Shown: piece after piece, positions 1 to 10,700 of the stretch
How positions within the stretch are numbered: position 1 is the first letter of the stretch
Layout: each line of letters starts with the position of its first letter
From: Fimbriosthenelais zetlandica
Taxonomy: Eukaryota
Direction: 5' to 3'
NCBI GenBank assembly: GCA_977030845.1
Contig: OZ365117.1
Span: forward strand, 5,704,001 to 5,768,000
Length of the DNA stretch: 64,000 nucleotides
The notes under the pieces: model-generated
The model's input: only the letters and a program-made list of their open reading frames with translations
Databases searched by the model: none
Told to the model about the DNA's origin: nothing
Translations under genes and position numbers: made by a program

Positions 1-93
1 TGTAAAAGGTCAGCCATGTCCCTCAATATTTGTAGTAAGGAACAAGTTTAAGAACTTTTAAATCCTAACATAACCATGTTATTATTTCGCCAG

Positions 94-1622
94 GTGCTGG
101 ATCTTGTATCCCTTGTCCTGCCGGCTCACAATGTGCCAATAACTCCGCATCCCCTGTGCCCTGTGACACTGGCTATATCTCTGCTGACTTAAGTATAATC
201 TGCACCAAATGTCAAACAGGTAAGACAATGTTTCTCAACTACCCTACCCCTTTTGGGGAAGTGGATAGAGAAAGAATTTCTACTCAAAATAGTCACTTAT
301 TCCTATCAGACATAGAGTAATTATTCATGAGCCTATTGTAACTCAAAATCTGATTTTTCTGTAGATGAAATCACTCAGGGAACCCAAGATACATGCCATC
401 CATGCCCCGCAGGCAAATCCTGCTCTGATCCAACGTAAGTACCCAATCAAACCCGATGTTATAATTCATCTCTGAACATACACTTTCACAGGATGTTCAC
501 TCGTTTTCTTTTTCCAGGTTAACACCTGCGGATTGTGGGTTGGGGACGTACTCTCTATTAGGGAATGCCACATGTACTGAATGTCCAGCTGGCTTCTACT
601 GCTCCGTCTCCTCCATACAACCCTGCCCTTCTAGTAAGTTCTCTTTCTCAACTTCAAAAACAGAAAATCTGCCCCAAAACGATGAGGCCTAATCATTTCC
701 TCGATGCTTTTTCAGATCAATATTCTGCACCGGGATCGACGTATTGTAGTGATTGTCCACAGGGAATGAGCTGTGCTTCACCAAGCTCAGCCCCACAGTC
801 ATGCGGTCCTGGATACTACAGTGCCGCCGCAAGTAAGTTAACTAAACTTCCTTACTTTATCACTTTCAATACTTTATCACGTTCAATTACATAGTTCTTT
901 GTCCATATGAAGTACTTGGGGAAAACCGATGGACACAACAATTCTTTGCAAATGACGTTTGATTCTCTGGCAGATGGCTGAGAATGTCTGCAAAATGCTG
1001 CAAAAAGAAGTTGCGGACATACGTATTAGGAGCTTCTTTGCCAAGAGATATTTTGTATGTTAGTAAAGTAAGTTTTTCGGATGTTCTATATGTATTATTG
1101 TTTTGTTTCCCTAGGTATTACTTGTACTCAGTGTAGTGTGGGTTACTATTGCCCTGCCGGTAGACCTAGTGAGCTGCTTTGCCCGTCCGGTTTTACCTCA
1201 GCCCCAGGCGAAGACTCCTGCGTAGAATGCCCCGCGGGTCAGGAGTGCAGCAACCCGGCAAACCCGACCCACTGTCCTCCCGGAACCTTCTCCCTTGCTG
1301 GAGCAATTTCATGTAGAACTTGTTATCCTGGTAAGTGGTCCCGCTACCCTTGTCCTGACGGAAAATGATCATCGAAAGCTAACCTTATGAGAAATTGTAC
1401 TTAAGTTTATTTTAAACAATGTCTATGTTTTTGCAGGTCATTTTTGTGCTAATACTTCGAGTGAACCTCAGATGTGCCCATTAGGAACCTACAGTATGTT
1501 CACCACTGATACTGAATGTCAACTATGTCCAGCGGGACATCAATGTCCCTACCCGAACACTGACAAAACGCCGTGTCCTACCGGTAAGTGTCTTCATGTT
1601 GACAGAAAGCGAGTGCTTGAAT

Positions 1623-1674
<52 letters not shown>

Positions 1675-1834
1675 GGGAGAGACCTGAGCNNNNNNNNNNN
1701 NNNNNNNNNNNNNNNNNNNNNNNNNNNNNNNNNNNNNNNNNNNNNNNNNNNNNNNNNNNNNNNNNNNNNNNNNNNNNNNNNNNNNNNNNNNNNNNNNNNN
1801 NNNNNNNNNNNNNNNNNNNNNNNNNNNGAAAGAT

Positions 1835-1876
<42 letters not shown>

Positions 1877-4780
1877 CGATAGCTGCAGAGAGAGCAAGAG
1901 CCACATAGAGACTGAGAGAGCAAGAGCGAGAGCCACAGAGAGACAGAGGCAGATGCCCCATAGATCTTTCACTTAGATCTTAGCTACTGAAACCTCTATA
2001 AATATCTGATTATTATGTCTTTGTTGCTCTCTGCAGGAACACAGAGTGAAGCGGGTGAGGCCTGGTGTACTGACTGTCCGGCTGGGTACTCCTGCCCCAG
2101 TAACACGGACAGGAGTCAGAACTCTCCCTGTCCTGAAGGTACCTTCTCCGAACTCAAACAAGTCATCTGTACCACCTGTCTACCAGGCTCCTCCTGTCCC
2201 ACTACAACGTAAGAACTTCTTTACACTTTCTTTAGTTTATATTCTCTTAAATTAACAGGGTTAGCCAAGCTCCTGCTAGGACTGAAAGCTGTCCAGGCTG
2301 CCACCTTAAAATTGTGATCGGAAATAGGAGTTGACAAGCCCCAGAGACCTCCAGGGTTGCCATTATTTAGATTCTAGTTTCCCAATGGACGACTGCACTT
2401 ATTTGATTGTAACATACGATGCTGATGTATCCGGTGACAATATCTAAATCTTTCAATGTCGCTTGCTCATCCTTCGCCCTGACAATTATAACCAAGGGCA
2501 ACTTAGACTAGAACAATATCACAATCACTTGGAAATTGACTTTGTAGATGATACGTTTTGTGTTAGCTCTTTAAATTTGTTACCAGTGTAGACTTGCTGA
2601 TGAGTTCGTCTTGTATTCAGGAACCCCGGACAGGCTTGTAGTCCAGGCACATATTCCACTGGTGGAAACACGACATGTTTCACATGTCTAGCCGGGAGGA
2701 AATGTCCACAGAAGGATGGCTCAGGCAACGTGGACTGCCCGCCAGGCCAATACTCCCTCGCAAGTAAGACTATTTACCTAGTTCTCTATCACGTTCAGCT
2801 TGTTTTTGATATCCTGTCATTTTATTACCATAATGCCCGATCATTCCAGACTTTTGAAGACCTTAAGTTCAGCAGTTCGAATTTGAAACTGTCCAAGGGA
2901 GAGATCATATTTCTTTGAACCCTGAAGAGTCTCTGTTTCAAAACTTCTGCTCTAACTTTTATAATCTATTTTCATCAAGATCTTTTACTCAACTGTAAGT
3001 CAAATGTAACAATTTGCAGGCTGGAAACCATGAGTATATTATACAAATAGACCCTTTGTTGGTTAAGCGTGAGACCCGTCTAGTGCGTAAATATATACTC
3101 GAGCGCGTGAGCGCGAGAGTATATACGCACTAGACGGGGCGAACGCGAAACCAACAAAGGGTCTAATTGCTTTAGTCCCCGGCACACATTTAACCCCCTT
3201 ACCTGTCATCGATACAGAACTTTTAATGCCATAAATCATGTTTTATTCACGATTTCCTTCATGTGTCTCTTTACATTGTCATACCTTGTTCAAAAGCCTG
3301 TATGTGGCTGTGCGCTCACTGGCTATGTTTCCAGTCATGACCCACTTCACCCTACCCACCGCTACACGACCAGTCATCCCCTCCTGCTTATGTAGGTCAA
3401 ACAGACATACACTCCTCTAATATGCACACACACAAGCAGCACCCTTCCTGCTTATCTAGGTCAAACAGGGCCGATTTCATTGGTTCACGAGCGGTCATAT
3501 ATACGCTCATAATGACCACCTACTTACTGAAATATTCACCTCCCAGAGCGTCAGAGGGGACTAAAGCTGAACTTGCCCCATTTAAAATAAAAGTACACCA
3601 ACAATATAGTACTCATTCAAATTAACTGAATTTGTTTAGTGTCGACGTCATGCATTAAGTGCCCTGCTGGTTCTGCCTGCCCGTACACCAATAACGACGT
3701 CGTGACTCCCTGTCCTAGCGGCACCTTCTCCACGGGCGAACAGACCGTATGTACCGCCTGCCCGCCCGGCAAGTTCTGCCCATCTCCGTCCGTGGCCGTG
3801 GAATTAGAGTGCCCGGATGGGACATTCTCTATAGGTAACCAGTCAGCCTGTACCCAGTGCCCCGCCGGGTATGAGTGCCCTACAGTTGACACTGATTCTA
3901 GGTGAGTCACTTTCTCTCTCTTTTCTGTTGAGTTTAATGACTTAAAGGCTACTTGACAGGACTTGTATATAGCAGAAACTTCAATGAGACGAGTAAAAAC
4001 TTCAATAAGACTCAATTTCTTCAATAAGAATCAATTGCTTCAATAAGAATCAAAATGCCCAAGATTTCTTGAGATGTTCAACGATTTCTCAGCTGTTCTG
4101 TATTGGTTGAATGATCTGGATTACATAATTGTTAATAATTGAATTATTCTGCTATTCAGAACTGAATGCCAACCTGGAGATTACTCCTATGGGAATCAGG
4201 CGGCGTGCCTTGTTTGCCCAGAGGGTTATAAATGCCCGTCGACCATCATGGGTCCGTCTCCATGTCCGAAGGGTTTCTTTAGTGCTGCCCGGTCCATCAA
4301 CTGTACCATCTGCCCCGCGGGTTTCACCTGTCCACAGACACTAGGTAAGCATGTCAACTGACCACAAGTCATCCCATTTACTGCCTTTAAAGGGGTACTA
4401 TCACGGAAGAACAATGAACGCCAGAAAGACCTGGTTCATTTTGAGTAACGTCATACCATCCGCAGATTTAAGTATGTCCTTCCTTTTAAGTAGGTCCTTA
4501 AATCTTCGGTCATACATGTGTACTTAGTTTTCAGTACTAGCTGCAGACACACAAAGGAGGGGCATGTATGTATTTAAGGACAGGCCATCTTAGTGTTCGT
4601 GATAGCGCCCCTTTAACTAAACGTAAATAGAATATACTACATCCTCGTTTTATGTATCTTAATGTGAAAAATTGTTGAATCAGTTCATTGTTTTTTTTTT
4701 TAGAATCGGCCATGGTTGAGTGTGGGCCTGGCCTGTACTCTGAGCCTGGGTCGACTTCCTGTAGTCGGTGTAACATGGGT
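94..4780 (+). CDS. Exons 1-11 (part): short-unit Cys repeats, consensus C-x-x-G-x-(Y/F)-S-x-x-G-x-x-x-C-x-x-C-P-A-G-x-x-C
   Basis: e.g. CPPGTFSLAGAISCRTCYPG, CPEGTFSELKQVICTTCLPG, CPSGTFSTGEQTVCTACPPG, CPDGTFSIGNQSACTQCPAG; units of ~35-40 aa. Confidence 0.85.
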
Positions 4781-7700
4781 TATATCTGTAACATGCGCTC
4801 TACCAGTCCCACCCCACTAGATGGCGCCTGCCCTGCTGGTGGTTACTGTGATGGCCAATCATTCTACCCCTGTCTACCTGGTACCTACAACCCTACCAAC
4901 GGATCCACCACTGTGGCTGACTGCCTCCCCTGTCCCCCAGGTAGGACCCCTTGAAAAAGCAAAAAATATAATCCAGGCATGTTGCTGAGGGAAAGGGATT
5001 TGTCAGTTGCAATTTTCCCGCCAAAACCTACTCCTTGGGAAGAAACGGCACCAGCCCCTGCTTTTCCAAAGCAGGTCAAAGTACTTTTTTTGATTCAATT
5101 TATTTATTGTGGCTTAATTTCAGCTAGATTAACTGGTTTTAACATTAAACCACATTGCCTTCTATTGAATATCTATATTGCTTCTAAATATCTAATCATA
5201 AGTACAAGAGAAAACACCCAAAAGAACTCCCAAAATACAAATAGAATACACCCAACATAAGTAAATAAAGAGAGAAAATCAAGAAGGTCTTTCTTAATTT
5301 TGATTTTGATTTCTTGGACATATTGTTGTTGTCCTCTCTCTAATTCATTGTTTTTTTTCACGCAGGTTATTATTGTCGAAACACGGGGGAGATATCCTAT
5401 ATGGACTACCCGTGTCCAGAGGGCCACTACTGTATGGAGGGCACCAATGATCCAAATCAATACCCATGTCCCGGTGAGTAGGCTTTAAATGTTCAAGGTA
5501 CATATACCCATCAACTTGTGTCAGCCCAACGTACACATATCTAATGCTGGACCCACACAGAGCCTCTGTTTGGGCCTAGCATTAAGGCATTAGCTTCAAA
5601 GGTGACAAGGAACTTCTTATTGCATTGTCCATCTTTAAAACCAGACCACGCATCCAAGATCACTGAATTGAACCTGGACACTTAATCTTTTCATGCCCAG
5701 AATTGTTGGAATTATTGTTTAAAAAGCTTATAAGAGCTGTGCCAAAATGTTGGGCACTTACGTGACTTTTATTGACACCAATTCCATGTTTCTCTATGTA
5801 TTCTCAGGTAGTCAGGTTAATTTTTAAAGTTTCACTAGTTGAAACTTTTGCAGAAATGAATTCTTAATTGAGTGAATTGATTTTTGTGTTACAGGAGGGA
5901 CGTATTCAAACCAGGGGAACGCTACCCGGGAGGAGGACTGTCTAATGTGTCCAGCCGGCATGTATTGTCCATCCGGGTATTCACAAGGCATTGACTGTCC
6001 ACCAGGATACTGGTGTACCCAGGGCCAATCCACCGGCCTGCAGAACAGCTGTCCAATAGGCACTTACAGCTCGCAAATAGGCCTCCAAAGTAAGTTCTCA
6101 CAGCTATATTAAGTCTTTATCCATTGGTCTTCTGATCAAGGGCCTTCAAAACTTTTTTATGTTGTGTGGCACTCTTTAGTATGGGCTGCAATGACTGCAA
6201 ACACCCCAATCACTTAGGGACAGGAGTTTTTTTTAAATGTTTTTTTTAAATGTAAGAAAGTTCTGACTGCAAGTCCTACCTCAATGCAAAACCCCCAATC
6301 GATACAGGTTGTAAGTCATTCACAATCTGTAAGTTCTTGATTGAAATATGAGAACTTGTTCGCTATGTCTATTCTAGATAACACCCAGTGTACTGAGTGC
6401 CCCCCAGGACACTACTGCCCCTGGGGGACTGAATCTGAACCAACAGTTGCCCCCATACCATGTGAGCCTGGTACGTACAACCCTGAGTATAGAACCGGGC
6501 ACCCTCTCAACTGTCGTCGGTGTGACGCAGGGTTCGCATGTCCTCGTGTAGGTCAAGTCAATGTCACCGACCAGTGTGCTGAAGGTATGTACTGTTAACC
6601 ATTGTATGCTTAATAGCCTGAACCCACTGAGCTACCATCTCCCTGCCATCTCCTTAATTCGCTTTTTCCAATAGGGAATGTCTCGAAGATGTTGTGGCAG
6701 GGCATTCTATTCACATGGTGCAAACTTATAATCACAATGCATTTTTGATTTGTTGACCTCTGCCCCCTTTCAGCCCGTCAGCTTTTATTTGGGAAATCCT
6801 TTGGTATGATCCAAAAGAATAGATGATTCAGATATTATTAATTGTTTACAGGTTTTTTTTGTCCAAATGGAACCATAACTCCTACACAGTACCCGTGCTC
6901 ACCTGGTACTTATAGCGGACGGCTGGATCTTACGTCAGCTGATGAGTGTGATGCATGTCCCCAGGGGCACTACTGTAGCTGGAATACAGGTGACTATACC
7001 ATCTATCCTCTCCTATCTTCGTCCTGTCTAAACCTATAAAATGTTTGTTTTGTAAGCGGGTGTGGTCCATCCCTTGGCATTGCTAGTCAGGGTGGTGCAT
7101 CCCTTAGCGAAGTTGCACATCCCTTGGAAGAGGTGGCCCATTCCTTGGAAGGGGTGGCCCATCCCTAGGGCATGGGTGGCACATCCCTAGGGCATGGGTG
7201 GCACATCCCTTGGAAGAGGTGTTGCATCCCTTGTAAGAGGTGTCACATACATTGGCAGGGTGACACATCCCTTAGAAGAGGTGTCACATCCCTTGGAAGT
7301 GGTGGTCTATCCCTTGGCAGGGGTGGCCCAGGGGTGTCACACCCTTGGAAGAGATGTCACATCCCTTGGTAGGGGTGGCCCATCCCTTAGAAGGTGTCAC
7401 ATCCCTTGGCCGAGGTGGCCCATCCCATGGCATGGGTGGTGCATCCCTTGGAAGAGGTGGCCCATGCCTTGGCAGGGGTGCTCCATCCCTTGACATCCAT
7501 TGGCATGCCGTAATTAGGATGCCCTAAGCTCAGAGAACATTTTCCAATTGCCAATAGATCTGCGTTCTGCCTTTCACTCCGTTTTGTTGCTGAGCAATTT
7601 AGTGGTGGATATTTAATCATTGTGTTTGTTTATTGCTGTGTGTAGGTAACTTTAGCAGCAGTAACCCACCACGTCCATGTAAGCCCGGGTTTTACTGCCC

Positions 7701-10700
7701 CATCCAGACACCGGCCCCCAGCCGCTACCCCTGCCCCGCCGGTACCTTCTCTGACCGCGCAGACCTCAGTCAGCCTGACCAGTGTACGACCTGTCCAGAG
7801 GGCTACTACTGCCTGGGTAAGTTTGTCTCATTTCTGCTGCTATTGTCTGGTAAGTTTGTCTCATTTCTGCTATTGTCTGGTAAGTTTGTCTCATTTCTGC
7901 TACTATTGTCTGGTAAGTTTGTCTCATTTCTTCTGCTATTGTCTGGTAAGTTTGTCTCATTTCTTCTGCTATTGTGTGGTAAGTTTGTCTCATTTCTGCT
8001 ACTATTGTCTGGGTAAGTTTATCCCATTACTTTTAGTAACACTTTTGTGTGTGATTTGGTATTAGGCTATTTCAAAAGTCCCCAAGTTTTCTTTTCTAAA
8101 TTTAAGTCCTTTGATTTGGAGCCAGACCACCGCCCCATCCCCTATCCTTAATTGGCTGAAATCATGGTAACTGATATCTATTCAACTGTTTTTTTCACAA
8201 GTTAAAGTGAGCCTAGGACCACCACCTACTCTTGTCCTTGATATTAAATGTTTCTCTTAACTTTGGTAGGAGGACAGTCGGCCGTGTCTGGATCATGTCC
8301 ACGTGGTCATTATTGCCTTAACGGCACTCAGTTTGAGACTCAGTACGCCTGCCCTAACGGCACCTACAATGACCTGTTAGGGCAGAAAGCTGAAGCTGAC
8401 TGCAAGAACTGTACACAAGGTAGGTGTAATCTCCATGTAGAACGGTCCTATTCCCAACCGTTAAGAATATGGTGTCTTTCCAGGTTCAAAATGTACCAGT
8501 ATACTTTATAGTGGCAGAACTGATTCTATGACATAATATTATATCATATTATTAATTTTTAGGACATTATTGTGAGAGTGCCTATGTTGAGCCAGCAGAA
8601 TGCGCGGCTGGCACGTACATGCCGTTTGGTGTGACGCCATCATCGGCCATTTCGAACCCTTACGTACCAGTCTATGTTGGCCCTGGTAAGTTCTTCTCAT
8701 TCTTGTTCCGTTTTTTTTTCATTTTAATAATCCTTCCTCATTTTAGCCTTTAAATCCCAGTGAGACAATTCATCTTTTATTTATATCCAACTCCTATCAG
8801 TTCCTTAATAGATAAGGCAATGTTTACTAATTCTATTGATGATTTATTAAAGGTGGGCCAGCCAAGAGACAGTTCAGTTGTTTAGAGTGCCCTGGTGGCC
8901 AGTTCTGTAGTAATGGAACTATAACACCATCTAACTGTGGTGCTGGGTTCTACTCCAAACCCGGCCAATCCGACTGTGTCAGCTGTGAGATTGGGTGAGT
9001 AAAACATAGCCATGTATTCCTATAGACCAGTAGTCCTGTGGTTAGGGCATCCAACTTATCGACAGAAGCAATCTCATTTTCCTTGTCCGTTTTATTTAGA
9101 CATTTCTGTGATGACGCCGCCACCTCTGAGGAAGCTATGAGACAGAATAAGACTTGCCAAGCGGGCTACTTCTGTCCAGAGGGTCTGGCGTCCTTTTCAA
9201 ATGCCTTGGACTGTGTACCAGCCAAATACTGTCCTGAAGGTAACCTTTGATTAATTTTTAATAGATGAAATGAAATTTGTCCGTTGATTTTTAAAGTCAT
9301 TGCTTAAGAAATCTCCACTATAATGCATAATAGGTTGGAATGATTTTATGACCAATTAAATCCAATCTAGGCCATGGTTCAATTTAGTCCTGCATTACAC
9401 CCAGTCCATTGATAAGTATGAGAATGCATCCAATTATGAATTTTCACATTATTTTCAGCTACGGTTGAAATGATCAACTGCCCTGTGGGTACCTACAACC
9501 CGTCAGTGAGGGGGGCCAGTGTGGATGACTGTTTGCCGTGTCCCGCCGGTTCTTATTGTCTGGAGGGAGTGTCCGCAGCATCGGGCGTGTGTGATCCGGG
9601 CTACTACTGCCCTACAAACCTCACTAACCGCTACAGTACCAGACCTACACACATAGGCTCCTACGGTCCCAGAATAGTGAGTTTACCATTGATTGAAACT
9701 ATATCCAAATAGAATCTGTATCCAAACGTAATCTGTATCCAAACTGAATCTGTATACAAACTGAATCTGTATCCAAACTGAATCTGTATCCAAACTTAAT
9801 CTATATCCATGTCAAATCATGTGAACAGGCTTCTTGGACAACTGAAAAATCTTCCGAACTGAATCTATATTCAGATTGATTCTATGTCAAATCATGTGAA
9901 CAGGCATCTGAATGGGACAACTGAAAAATCTTCTGGGCAACCACGTTTAGGTTGCTAGATTTCATTTACAGATGGAAAGTTCAGTTCACTAAACCCCCTG
10001 AGTAACAACTGAAATCAAGGTGGTAATTTTCAGATTCTGGTTATCTAAGAGACCACCACAATTTGGGATTTGATCCCAGACAAATCCATTCCACTGATCA
10101 TTTCATACTTGGGGAAGTATAAACTAAACTGGTCATTGTTTTAGGTACCCTGTCCAGAAGCCACGTACACTAATGTGACCGCTACACCAGACTTGTCCAG
10201 CTGCTTGCCTTGTCCTGCTGGTCACTTCTGTAAACTGGCCACGAATGACCCTGAAGTGTGTCCAGCAGGTTACTACTGTCCAGCTCGCATCTCTACTCCT
10301 ATACCCTGCCCTATAGGCAGGTTCGGAAATGACACAGGTATTTGTATAAACTCTATTTTCATCCAGATTATTTGGTCGATAGCATCCCAAGGGTTTGGGG
10401 CCATGGCTCACATTTTAGAGTGTTGGCTTGAATCAACCATTTGAGTCAGTCACTAAAATGTTGGGACTCTCTGTATTGAAAGTTTATAATTATGGAACCT
10501 GGTAAGCTTTTCTCAGGAGACCAAATTTCGACTGAGCAAAACTTGTACGGTACTTGTCTCATGGCCATCCTTTGTACTTTGTAAAGTCAGAAACTGACTA
10601 GGATTTTGATTATTTGTCCCCATCCTGTCCAATGCTATCAGAGGCTTTCTCTGGACTATCAATCTATGTCCTCACCAGTACAATGTCTTGTTTGTTTCTC

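Noticed and set aside
1690-1827. Possible exons hidden in the N gaps (also 13049-13215)
   Set aside because: Flanking exons join in phase and continue the repeat grammar (CPT-G-TQS; VT-G-ACS). Nothing needs to be missing, though a symmetric exon cannot be strictly excluded.
1578-1972. Minus-strand ORFs rich in SLSLSL
   Set aside because: Translations of the (GA)n microsatellite and the N gap.
7172-7620. Several overlapping ORFs on both strands
   Set aside because: By-products of the 20-21 bp minisatellite; no splice-compatible Cys-repeat content.
7766-7993. Minus-strand ORF with MRQTYQTIAE repeats
   Set aside because: Antisense reading of the donor-containing tandem repeat.
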